Positions 1 through 9,141 of a DNA stretch of 64,000 nucleotides are shown in pieces (the stretch's first letter is position 1; the number at the start of each line of letters is the position of its first letter). The stretch comes from an uncultured Spirochaetota bacterium. GTDB taxonomy: Bacteria; Spirochaetota; Spirochaetia; SZUA-6; Fen-1364. The notes beneath the pieces were generated by a model. That model made no database searches, was not told the DNA's origin, and saw nothing but the letters and a program-made list of their open reading frames with translations. A program made the position numbers and the translations under genes. Where the stretch lies: the NCBI GenBank assembly GCA_963745235.1, contig CAVUXE010000011.1, positions 44,719 to 108,718 on the forward strand, in the 5' to 3' direction.

Positions 1-517
1 ATTGGCGCGGCAAGCGAACATTTGGCACAGACCGGTAGCATCAGGAAAGATTTCTGAGAATTTCTTCACGGCTCAGCCTCCCGATTGTGATTCGCTATAG
101 TACCACCACAGATTTGTGAAGTAAAGGAGTCTTACGGCGTTATGCACTGCGTGACACCCGTCTAGCTTCGACACGATTGTGGCAGCGAAGGAGCGGCTGG
201 CAACCAAATAGGTTGTACGCCCTCGCAACAGTGCAGGCCCTCGGGCACGCAAACGCAAACATCACCGAGGCCTTGTGGTCTGGGACTTGCCGGGTTGGCT
301 CTGGAATTTGGTTCTGGGCAAAGACAGTGAGCAATAACCAGGATGACCAAAGACACAAGGAATCGCGAGCGCGCTGAATTGTTGACTCGGACGACCACCC
401 CCTTCGCTACTATCGCGATCATGGAAGAGTGATCGATAATCTTCTGGACGGAATAACACATATTTACCAAACAATCTACAACAGAGCAGAACGAAGACAT
501 GAAGACCGCACAAGACA

Positions 518-670
518 GGGAGACATGCTGGCCTTGATTACAATTCGGGAAGCAGCAACAAAAATTGCCCAGGCTTTCGGTACCATCCTGAATCTGTTGA
601 ACCTCCAGGCGTGCATCGTGGGTGTATCTCGAGCAGGCGAACATCCTTCTCGATCCGATACGAAACGCTC
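518..670 (+). pseudogene. ROK-family protein, C-terminal segment (displaced and inverted fragment)
   Basis: Reads GDMLALITIREAATKIAQAFGTILNLLNLQACIVGVSRAG then, after a frameshift, ILLDPIRNA. This matches the ROK C-terminal pattern GD.LA...EAA..L...I..L.NLLNP..IV.GGGVS.AG..LL.PIR. Confidence 0.6.
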
Positions 671-829
671 GATGGCGCAAAGGCCGCTCCGTCATCGATT
701 TGTAGGATCCACAGAAAGCGGCGAAAAAGGGGTCCGAATTCGCTCCTTCCGCAGAGTCTGTCGCAAACCTATACACCTATTATTCGACCAAGAAGAAGTT
801 TCAAGACTACTAGCCAAAAACGTGGATTG

Positions 830-1402
830 GTTGGCCTGGTGGTGGAGGCCTTTGTTCGAGGCATCCCCTGCTTCCACATATGCACCAGGGGCCGTTCGGG
901 TCGACGCAGCGGTGACCAATTTCCGCCGCGTAGCCCTTTGCGCCTCTGAAGAGCTTGCCGTCAAGAACAAGGCTCCCCCCGATGTCCGTCCCGATCGTAA
1001 TCATGACGAAATTGCTGCATTCCCTCCCGGCACCGAACAGCAGCTCGCCCAGGGCGGCGCATATGGCGTTGACCGCAACCGTCGGCACGCCAAACTGCGA
1101 GCAATATATCCCTGAACAGAATTGCCCTGAAGGGAAGGAATATTGGCATCCTTCAAGAAAGATGCCGCTCTTTACATCAGTGAATCCTGGCGTGCCGATG
1201 CCGATTCCGATGAGCCTGCCATCTTGCGGCTTTGCTCTTAGCACCGAATCAAAAGACGCTTGCCACTGAACCCATGATGACTTCGAAATCGGCGCGCGAG
1301 TCGATCATGACTGGGGCACCAGCCATGATTGTCCCGTTTTCTTCGCACCAGACCAAGCTTGACCTAGGTTCCTCCGAAATCGATACAAGCTAGAATATCC
1401 AT
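830..1402 (-). pseudogene. ROK-family sugar kinase (glucokinase-like), N-terminal two-thirds, disrupted
   Basis: MDILACIDFGGT is followed by an in-frame stop and VKLGLV. Also present: IGIGIGTPG, AALGELLFGAGR, MITIGTDIGGSLVLDGKLFRG and AEIGH...CICGSRGCLE (ROK Zn motif). Multiple frameshifts. Confidence 0.85.
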
Positions 1403-1449
1403 GTGCCGCCATGACTCGCCTTTTCCAGGCATCACTTGTTCGCCGGGCG

Positions 1450-1884
1450 CTACCTGCAGGGGCAGGCGCCGGGCTCTTCGCCTTGACGTGTCTGGCCTTC
1501 CCACCTGCCGATGGCCCCGAAATCGACGACGCGCGTGTAGCCCAGCCCTCGCAGGGTCTTCGTGGCCAGTGCAGCTCTGCCGCCGGAGGCGCAGTAGACG
1601 ATGACCAGCGCCGAGGCGTCCGTAGTCGGAAGACGAGCGGCGATCTTGTCGTAGGGGATGTTGATCGCGGTGGGAATGTGCCCTGACATGTATTCGTCCG
1701 GGGTGCGCACGTCGACGAGCACGTACGGCTCCAGCGTCTCTGCCAGGAGGGCGGCAAGTTGCCCAGGGTCTGTATAGTCTCTGACAGCAGAGGGCTCGGG
1801 CGCTTTCGCCTTTGTGAGGCAGGCGGCAAGGATCGCCGTCAAGGTGATGATTGCGAGAATGCGAAGTGGTTTCCAGGTTTTCAT
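1450..1884 (-). CDS. Rhodanese-like domain lipoprotein
   Basis: Lipobox LAAC; LVDVRTPDEYMSGHIPTAINIP and VIVYCASGGRA rhodanese motifs. Confidence 0.9.
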   Translation of the reverse strand: MKTWKPLRILAIITLTAILAACLTKAKAPEPSAVRDYTDPGQLAALLAETLEPYVLVDVRTPDEYMSGHIPTAINIPYDKIAARLPTTDASALVIVYCASGGRAALATKTLRGLGYTRVVDFGAIGRWEGQTRQGEEPGACPCR

Positions 1885-1917
1885 AGAGATCCTCCTTCTC
1901 CCCTGCCCGAGCGCAGA

Positions 1918-2144
1918 TCACCCGAGGGTGCTGAGGACGCGGTCAAGGTACTGGATGCTCCTCGAGATCATCCGTAAATGATCCGCGGATATTCCCTTCC
2001 AGAGCAAGGCTTTCCGTGTAGCCAATCTCCGCCTGCAGCCTGAAAATGCGGGTGAAGTCCAGCTGTCCGAACCCCGGAAGAAGCCGGTTGTTATTGGGAA
2101 ATGTGCAAGCAATGGTAGTGTAGTGTGCCCGAAAGCGCAAGAGC
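1918..2144 (-). pseudogene. Sugar-phosphate isomerase/epimerase (xylose-isomerase-like TIM barrel), 3' part
   Basis: NNRLLPGFGQLDFTRIFRL..EIGYTESLALE is the C-terminal motif of the AP-endonuclease-2 TIM-barrel epimerases. It continues the part at 3717-4279 once the IS is removed. Confidence 0.75.
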
Positions 2145-3716
2145 ACGCATTGCCTCATCAGAATTCTAACCCAACGAGCTGATTTGCCTCATCGAAAAAT
2201 CTAACCCTAAAAAATCCCCTCCGCGACCTGACATGATGGCGCCGCGGGAGGAAAAGGGTGGGATTAACGATGAGGGAGAAGAAATCCATTACTCGCGTGA
2301 CGGCTCGCAGATACCGGAATGCGAACAAGAAAGCCAAGCAGAAAATCCTGGACGAGCTTACTCGAACGACTGGCTACAACCGCAAGTATGCCATCCACAT
2401 GCTTACCAATTGGGGCAAAGAAAAGTTTCACAGGGTGGAGGGGAGGTCGATCAAGTTTACCGTCGGCCAGCCCACAAAGCGCAAGAAACGCCTCGGCAGG
2501 CGTATCTATGATGAGAGGGTCCGAGAGGCTGTTCGCAAGCTCTGGCAGTTGTTTGACTACATGTGTGGCAAGCGCCTGGCGGTCATCATACGGCTGAACA
2601 TCGCGATGTTGCACCGGGAACCGGATCTGGGCATCGATGAGGCGGTGAAGCAGAAGCTCCTGAAGATCAGCCCTGCCACCATCGACCGCATGCTGACCAC
2701 AGAGCGCAAGAAACTGGTGATCAAGGGCCGCAGCCACACCCGTGGCGGCACGCTGCTCAAGCACCAGATTCCCATCCGCACCTTCTATGATTGGGATGAG
2801 CGCAAGCCGGGCTTTTTCGAAGCCGATACTGTGGCCCACGACGGGGGAAATAGTTCGGGGGAATGCTGCTTTACGCTGAACGCCACCGACGTTTTCTCTG
2901 GGTGGGTGGAGCTGCGCTCATTGCCCAATCGGGCGCACCGGTGGGTCAAAGACGAAGCGGAAGGGATTCGTGCACAGCTGCCTTTTGCGCTTAAAGGTTG
3001 GGATTCCGATAACGGAGGAGAGTTTATCAACCACCAGCTTTTGAACTGGGCCAACGAGCATCACATCAGCTTCACCCGTGCTCGCTCCTATCGCAAGAAT
3101 GACAACTGTTTCGTCGAGCAGAAAAACGATCTGGCCGTTCGACGCACGGTGGGCTACTACCGCTTCGAGACGCAGGCCGAGTATGAGGGGCTCAAAGAGG
3201 TGTACAAACACCTGTGCCCGCTGTTGAACTTTTATTACCCCTCGGTGAGAATCATCGAGAAGACTCGAATCGGGGCACGAGTGAAGAAGAAATACGATGC
3301 ACCCAAACCGCCTTACCAGCGGATGTTGGAATCCCCCGATGTTGAGGAGGAGGTGAAGAAAGAGCTCCGACGACGTGCCCAGAAGCTACACATCGTGAAG
3401 CAGAAACGTTTGGTGGATCAAGCTGTGGCGCGGTTGATGCGGATACACGATGAGAAAAACCAAGGGCACTTGTTGCTGGAGTAGGGCTCGCCGGGCACGT
3501 GCATCGACCAGACGGCCGCGTGTGATCGAAAACGTACGTCGTGGCGGGCCAAGGGCGCATTTCCCGAGGCGAGGTGGTATCCAGGTACCCCTCGAAATGG
3601 CTGGACTTCGCGGGCAAGACGCACTTTTGAGTGGGGCCTCGGAGCCAGCTCCAGGGTTAGAATTTTGGATGAGGCATTCAAAGAACTACGGTTAGAATTT
3701 TTGGTGAGGCAATACG
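2145..3716 (+). mobile_element. Insertion sequence (~1.57 kb) with rve-type DDE transposase; family not assigned
   Basis: Terminal IRs CGCATTGCCTCATCAGAATTCTAACC and CGTATTGCCTCACCAAAAATTCTAACC (reverse complement), each with a second internal copy. GAGC direct repeat at 2141-2144 and 3717-3720. Interrupts an epimerase gene. Confidence 0.9.
2258..3484 (+). CDS. DDE transposase (integrase core domain)
   Basis: Intact 408-aa ORF with N-terminal HTH. Catalytic motifs FFEADTVAH, WDSDNGGEF and NDNCFVEQKN. Confidence 0.92.
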   Translation: MGLTMREKKSITRVTARRYRNANKKAKQKILDELTRTTGYNRKYAIHMLTNWGKEKFHRVEGRSIKFTVGQPTKRKKRLGRRIYDERVREAVRKLWQLFDYMCGKRLAVIIRLNIAMLHREPDLGIDEAVKQKLLKISPATIDRMLTTERKKLVIKGRSHTRGGTLLKHQIPIRTFYDWDERKPGFFEADTVAHDGGNSSGECCFTLNATDVFSGWVELRSLPNRAHRWVKDEAEGIRAQLPFALKGWDSDNGGEFINHQLLNWANEHHISFTRARSYRKNDNCFVEQKNDLAVRRTVGYYRFETQAEYEGLKEVYKHLCPLLNFYYPSVRIIEKTRIGARVKKKYDAPKPPYQRMLESPDVEEEVKKELRRRAQKLHIVKQKRLVDQAVARLMRIHDEKNQGHLLLE

Positions 3717-4279
3717 GAGCGCCGCCGTGCTGTCGCATTCCTCGATGTTCATATGGAACGTGTCTGGGAGGAATCCCCATCCCGCCTCCTTCGCAGCCGG
3801 AGCACAACGCAGAGGCCTGCTCCAGCGTATTCGCCAACCGAGGTTTCGTTGCGATTCGTTGCCTCAATGAGGATGGGAACCGGATCAGCGACACGCACTT
3901 CGGCCGGCTCCGCGACTGATAGGATGAAGCGTTCCGTCGTGGTCGGATGGTCCGGCACGGGCGGACTCTTGAGCAGCCAAATGATGAGCTTTGCGGAAAA
4001 ATGCCGCGCGTAGCGGATGAGACCGGCGCAGTGAGATACCGACTTCCTTCGAGCCTCGTCGTTGGCGTTTGACAGGGAGAGACTGCGAGCCTCGGCGTAT
4101 GCACCCCGATGCGAGCTTGGTCATTGAGAACCCGAAATCCTTCAGGTATTCTATCAGTGCGTCCGGGTCCACCTAGTTTCTCCTTCGCCAGGGTGAGGAC
4201 TCCGGCAAAGTCTCTGCTCAGCTGGTAGTCCACTGGCAGGGTCAGCTGCACCCCAGGGTAATCGTGGCGCGGTTTGCAT
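3717..4279 (-). pseudogene. Sugar-phosphate isomerase/epimerase, 5' part (frameshifted, IS-interrupted)
   Basis: Metal-binding motifs ILIEATNRNETSV.NTLEQA and PDTFHMNIEE are visible across several frames. Confidence 0.75.
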
Positions 4280-4285
4280 GTCGAC

Positions 4286-4978
4286 TCATCCTCCCGGCTG
4301 CAGCGACTTCACCCACTTCACGGTGCTGCCGATATCCTCGCTATTGAACAGGAGGGAGCCCATGACGATGAGTTGGGCTCCGGCCGCGCGCAAGCCTGGC
4401 ACAGTACTGGCCCTGATGCCGCCATCTGACTCCACGCGCACGGTCCGTTCTAAGCCGTGCTCTTTGACGAGGGCGCGGACCGCGCGAACCCGGGGAGCGG
4501 CAAGGGGGGAAAGGTTCTTTCCCTTCACTCCCATCGGAGTGCCCATGAGAACCACGATGTTGATGGACGGCAAGCTCGGAACGAGGGACTCCAACGGCAC
4601 GTCCAGACCCAGAGCCAATCCGGCAGCCAGCTCGCGGCGTGCCGTTCGCTCCAGAGCAGCCGGGACACGCGAGCCGTTTTCGCAGTGGACCGTTATCATG
4701 TCCGCGCCCGCGTCAGCAAAGTCGTCGACCAGAGACAACGGGTTCTCCGTCATAAGGTGGACATGGAACGGTTTCTTCGTGAGAGGCCGCAGCGCGGCAA
4801 CCAGATCGGGGAAGAACACGAGGCCCGGGACGAAATGCGCGTCACAGACGTCGACATGGTAAAGATCCACATGGGCATCCACACGCTCGATTTCTGCACC
4901 CAGCCGGGTGAAGTCCGCTGACCACAGCGACGCTTCGGCTAGGAGGTCATTGCCAGGGAACCGGTTCCAGAAATCCAT
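4286..4978 (-). CDS. rpe: Ribulose-phosphate 3-epimerase family protein (Rpe/AlsE-like)
   Basis: SLWSADF, YHVDVCDAHFVP, HVHLM, ITVHCE, VESDGGI and IVMGS motifs. Confidence 0.88.
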   Translation of the reverse strand: MDFWNRFPGNDLLAEASLWSADFTRLGAEIERVDAHVDLYHVDVCDAHFVPGLVFFPDLVAALRPLTKKPFHVHLMTENPLSLVDDFADAGADMITVHCENGSRVPAALERTARRELAAGLALGLDVPLESLVPSLPSINIVVLMGTPMGVKGKNLSPLAAPRVRAVRALVKEHGLERTVRVESDGGIRASTVPGLRAAGAQLIVMGSLLFNSEDIGSTVKWVKSLQPGG

Positions 4979-4987
4979 GGGTCGTCC

Positions 4988-5399
4988 CTATGACTCCCTG
5001 ACCAGGTACTTCTTCGGGAACTCGGCGCCCACGACGTACTTGAACAGGGGGTCGCGGATCATCTGGTAGACGTTCACGCGAAAGCTCGGGTTCACGGTGA
5101 GCAGGAGGTAGGCGTCGGTTGGCGTTATGCCGTACTCATTCACCATCCACCTCCATGCGGTAGGTGATATGGAAAGAAAATTCTATACGCTCGCATCGAT
5201 GGATTAACGCGACAATTCAAGGTGCCCTCCGTCTTGACCTCATCCTCCGTAGGGAGATCCTTTTCGGACTCGATCTTTCCCCCCCCGTGTTGTCCCGGGT
5301 CTCCACCATGAACTCCTCTTCCTGGCCGACCCTGACAACGGGCGGTTTCGTCCAGTCGAACGTGTAGCTGAGCCGAGCTTCCCATGAGATTCGCTTCAT
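4988..5399 (-). pseudogene. Acetamidase/formamidase family protein with a large internal deletion
   Basis: N-terminus YTFDWTKPPVVRVGQEEEFMVETRD lies about 100 nt from the C-terminus WMVNEYGITPTDAYLLLTV...YVVGAEFPKKYL. The middle of the protein is missing. Confidence 0.7.
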
Positions 5400-5420
5400 C
5401 TGATCGCCTCCACGCTGATT

Positions 5421-5448
5421 ATTCTATAGGTAATCCGGGCCTTGTCAA
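5421..5448 (-). promoter_or_regulatory. Sigma70-type promoter for the leftward operon
   Basis: TTGACA-16 bp-TAGAAT on the minus strand, upstream of the GGAGG RBS. Confidence 0.6.
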
Positions 5449-5790
5449 AGCGCGGTTACTGCTGGGCTTCGGATGTCAGCGACAGGCAGCAGGATCTCGA
5501 ACTCGCAGCCTGATGGCGAACGGTTCTTTGCCTTTGTTGACGATGCCTATCTCACCTAGAGTCAAAGAACTGATCTCCTGCCTCGAAGCGTTTGGGAAAG
5601 CGTGCGCTGCGGGGATATCCGAGGCGCGGCAACTGCGTAGATCTCGCCGGCGTGTTTTCCGAAATTCATGATCAGTTCGCTCTTGCTTTCGAGCGGTTAA
5701 TGGCTCAGACGATTCGGTCTTTGCTATTACGGCTGCTGCGGAGCCGCTCACTTGACAGATGTCGTTCGCCGTGAGAGTATGTGGTTGTTA

Positions 5791-5810
5791 AACTATGTAA
5801 TTACATAGTT
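5791..5810. promoter_or_regulatory. Perfect 20-bp palindrome, probable GntR operator
   Basis: AACTATGTAATTACATAGTT lies downstream of TTGACA (5752-5757) and upstream of the GntR operon. Confidence 0.6.
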
Positions 5811-5855
5811 ACATTATGGTAACCCGATAATCGGGGAAGGAGTACTCGCGGAAAC

Positions 5856-6101
5856 ATGGCGCTCGGCATGGAGCTCGATACCATTACGGCTGTTGTTTTG
5901 GGAGGCACAAGCATTGGGGGAGGCAGGGGGACGATCGCCGGCACGGTCATTTCGGTGCTCATGATAGGACTTTTAAGGAACGGCATGTACGCGAAGAATA
6001 TTTCGCCGGAAATCATGAAGATAGTCATAGGAGGACTTCTCATTGTGAGTCTTCTTGTGCCACGGGTCCTTGGTGGTGTAGGGAAAGCTGAGGGAAAATG
6101 A
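5856..6101 (+). pseudogene. C-terminal fragment of a sugar ABC permease (RbsC-like)
   Basis: GMELDTITAVVLGGTSIGGGRGTIAGT motif; only 81 aa remain. Confidence 0.8.
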
Positions 6102-6862
6102 AGGAAGAACTGTTTGTCCAGGTGGACAAGAACCGGGCAATCCCATTTTACTACCAAGTGAGCGAGTTTATCCAAGAACTCGTTCGGAAGGGCGATATCC
6201 AACCGGGCGAGCAAATGCTCCCCGAGGAAGTGCTCGCCGAGCGGTTCGGTGTTAGTAGACCGACGATCAACAAGGCAATAGCGATCCTTGTTCGTAAATC
6301 AGTGCTTTCGAGAGAACGAGGGAGGGGCACCTTCGTGTATTCGGGAGAGGTACGGCTCACACTCATGCAGGAACTAGCGAGCCTTCACGAGGCGATGCAG
6401 AAAAATAATATCAAATTTAGGACCGAAGTGCTGAAGCTGGAGCGGCTCAGGGCGGACAAGCAAATCGCCGGCCTGCTGGACTTGAAGGAAGGCGCCGCGG
6501 TCTTCTATCTGAAGCGTCTCCGCTACGTTGAGGACGAGCCGTTTCTCATTTCCAAATCCTATCTACCGTTCACCATTTTCCCGGGGTTTGAAGAGCACGA
6601 CTTCATTACGAACTCACTCTATGCAGTTATAGAAAGCCAATACGAAATTCCTGTGATTAAGACTGAACGCTTTGCGCGGGCCGTCAAGGCCCTCGATGAG
6701 GAAGCGCATTTATTCAGGATACCGCTTGGTGATCCGTTGATCCAGCTCGAAGGAGTTGCGCTCACTTTGAAGGACCTAAAAGTCGAATACTTCAACACGA
6801 AGATCCGTGGAGACCGGGGTGTGCTAAGCACCACCTTGTTAAGGAAGCGGAGGCCAGCGTGA
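6098..6862 (+). CDS. GntR/HutC-family transcriptional regulator (UTRA domain)
   Basis: PFYYQV...LPEEVLAERFGVSRPTINKA...RGRGTFV winged HTH plus a UTRA-like C-terminus. Confidence 0.93.
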   Translation: MKEELFVQVDKNRAIPFYYQVSEFIQELVRKGDIQPGEQMLPEEVLAERFGVSRPTINKAIAILVRKSVLSRERGRGTFVYSGEVRLTLMQELASLHEAMQKNNIKFRTEVLKLERLRADKQIAGLLDLKEGAAVFYLKRLRYVEDEPFLISKSYLPFTIFPGFEEHDFITNSLYAVIESQYEIPVIKTERFARAVKALDEEAHLFRIPLGDPLIQLEGVALTLKDLKVEYFNTKIRGDRGVLSTTLLRKRRPA

Positions 6863-6884
6863 AAAGACCCAAGACAGGAGGGGG

Positions 6885-8076
6885 ATGTCAATGGGCGACC
6901 GAATTAGTGCGATCTATGAAATTACGCCGCAGGTAGAATCACCCGAAAGGGCGTTCGATCTCCTGCTCCACGAGATGACGAGCGGCATACAGTATTTCTC
7001 CGGCCCTGACGGGGCAATCATGGACAAAATTGTAAACCATGTCCCGTCAGTTGATCGCAGCGTTATGGGAGAAATCGTCGCGGCAGAGAAAGGAGAAGAT
7101 AGCTCGTACCGCATCACTTTTTCAATTCCTGCTTCCAACCTCAACCCCGAGATGGGGGGAATAACCAATTTGTGGCCGATTGTTGCAGGAGAAGTCTTCA
7201 ATTTCTACTTCATCAGGAAGGCGCGACTGCTGGACCTCAGCCTGCCCGGAATCCTTCCAAGCGCGCTACCTAGGGCCGCGCTGCGGCCTGCAGGGCATGC
7301 GGGAGTTGCTCCATGCCGGCCCTGACCCACTCTTTGGCGCGATAATAAAGCCCAACGTCGGGCTTAATCCTGCGCAAGCTGCAAAGCTTGTGCAAAGTCT
7401 GGCAGATGCAGGATTCGATTTCATCAAGGACGATGAGATTTGCGTGGACCCAGTGCTTTGCCCGCTCCGCGAAAGGGTTTCCCGCGTCGCCGAGGCGCTA
7501 GACGCCTCGGCTGGACGGTCCGGCCGCAAGCCGCTTTACATGTCAAACATCACTGTGGACTTCGCCTCCCTCCACGAAGCGGCGCGAATAGCAGCCGAGT
7601 GTGGTGCCGGGGGATTCATGGTGGATCCGTTCTGCACGGGGATGTCGACGATCGACTTTCTGCGGCGCACCTTCCCTCTGCCGATCTACTGCCACCGGGT
7701 CGGCTATGGGCTCCACAGTTTGGGCCAGACCTACAGCGTGAGCTTCGAGCTGTTCAGCAAACTCTTTAGGTTGTTGGGCGCAGACTTTTCGCACGTGGGG
7801 GGAATCTGGGGGAGCGGGGCAGATGCTAAAATGAAAACCGGACGATATCTGGAAATCCTCAGACGCCGTGTTGCTGGAGCTTTGGACAGGAATGAGACCT
7901 GGCCTGTGGTGAGCGGCATTAGCCTAGAGAATATGGAGGAGTATTATCGCTTCTACGGGGATGACACGCTGTTCCTTGAGCATATCGATATCTACACCGA
8001 CACAGATGCTGCGCGGCGCAAGATCGACGCTCTCAAGCAGCGTGTAGAGGCAGCAAAGACGGGAGCCGGGGCGTGA
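6885..8076 (+). CDS. RuBisCO-like protein (form IV), one frameshift near 7248
   Basis: The two ORFs join as LLDLSLP/ESFQARYLGPRCG. Motifs GAIIKPNVGL, DFIKDDE, CHRVG and GADFSH are present. Confidence 0.88.
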
Positions 8077-8084
8077 ATGGAAAA

Positions 8085-9125
8085 ATGAAAGCGGCGGTAC
8101 TCCACGCTCCGGGGGACGTGCGGTTCGAAGAAGTACCAATCCCGGCGATCGGCCCCGAGGAAGTACTCCTGCGCATAAAAGCGGCGGGTAACTGCGGATC
8201 TGACCTGAAACGGATCATGGTGGAAGGCACTTGGGTGCTGCCATGCATCCCCGGCCATGAGTTTTCGGGAGAAATAGCCGAGGTAGGAGAAGGAGTGGAG
8301 GGGTGGAAGACCGGGGATCGAGTGACGGCCGCACCAATGCTCCCTTGCTTTCGGTGCGAGTGGTGTCTCCAGGGCCAGTACAACCTGTGTGAGAATTATG
8401 ACTACGTCGGTTCACGATCGGACGGAGCTTTCGCCGAGTACCTGAAGATTAGGGCCTTCAACCTTGTGAAGCTCCCCGATGGGGTGAGCGATGAGGCGGC
8501 TGCCATGACGGACCCGGCGGGCGTTGCGCTCCACGCTTTGCGGCGTGCGGGCGGTGTCAGCCCCGGGGAAACCGTCGCGGTGCTCGGTGCCGGACCGATC
8601 GGGATGTTCGCTTGCCAGTGGGCAGCGCTATTGGGCGCGGGGAAAGTAATCGCAACCGATATCCTCGATGAGAAGCTTGAGATTGCCAGTGGTCTGGGTG
8701 TCCCGGTGAGGATCAATTCCAGGCGTGAAGACACGGTGGCCCGGATCATGGAAGAGACGGGCGGCAGGGGAGCTGATCTGCTTATAGAGACCGCGGGCTC
8801 AGTAGAGACCCACAGGCAGGCGCTGCTCGCGGCGCGCAAGCGTGGAAGAATTGTGCATATCGGCAGGGCGTATTCCGACGTGCTACTGACTGATGAGGTG
8901 TTCACGAAGATCTTCCGCCGGGAGCTCGCAGTATTTGGCGCCGTGAATACCAACTTCTCTCCTCACGACAATGAGTGGAAAACCACGGTGGACTACATAG
9001 CATCCGGGAAAATCCGAGCCGAGCCGCTCGTCTCCCACCGCCTGACGATGAGCGCCGTAGGGGAAACCTTCCGCAAGATGTACCGGCGGGAGATGGTTTA
9101 CAATAAGATCATCTTCACTCCGTAA
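8085..9125 (+). CDS. Zn-dependent polyol(-phosphate) dehydrogenase (galactitol-1-P dehydrogenase-like)
   Basis: CGSD, GHEFSG, structural-Zn C-x2-C-x2-C-x7-C motif and GAGPIG Rossmann motif. Confidence 0.92.
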   Translation: MKAAVLHAPGDVRFEEVPIPAIGPEEVLLRIKAAGNCGSDLKRIMVEGTWVLPCIPGHEFSGEIAEVGEGVEGWKTGDRVTAAPMLPCFRCEWCLQGQYNLCENYDYVGSRSDGAFAEYLKIRAFNLVKLPDGVSDEAAAMTDPAGVALHALRRAGGVSPGETVAVLGAGPIGMFACQWAALLGAGKVIATDILDEKLEIASGLGVPVRINSRREDTVARIMEETGGRGADLLIETAGSVETHRQALLAARKRGRIVHIGRAYSDVLLTDEVFTKIFRRELAVFGAVNTNFSPHDNEWKTTVDYIASGKIRAEPLVSHRLTMSAVGETFRKMYRREMVYNKIIFTP

Positions 9126-9141
9126 CGTTGAGAGGTGAATC

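Noticed and set aside
429-1115. 228-aa plus-strand ORF as a real gene
   Set aside because: Only 518-640 resembles a protein (the ROK fragment); the rest is antisense to the ROK N-terminus or unrecognisable.
2151-2206. Short tandem repeats as a mini-CRISPR
   Set aside because: There are only two copies, mirrored at 3655-3711, so they are IS terminal repeats. No cas genes are present.
7180-8076. Bona fide CO2-fixing RuBisCO
   Set aside because: It lacks K177, N123, K334 and the phosphate-binding glycines, and there is no small subunit or phosphoribulokinase nearby.
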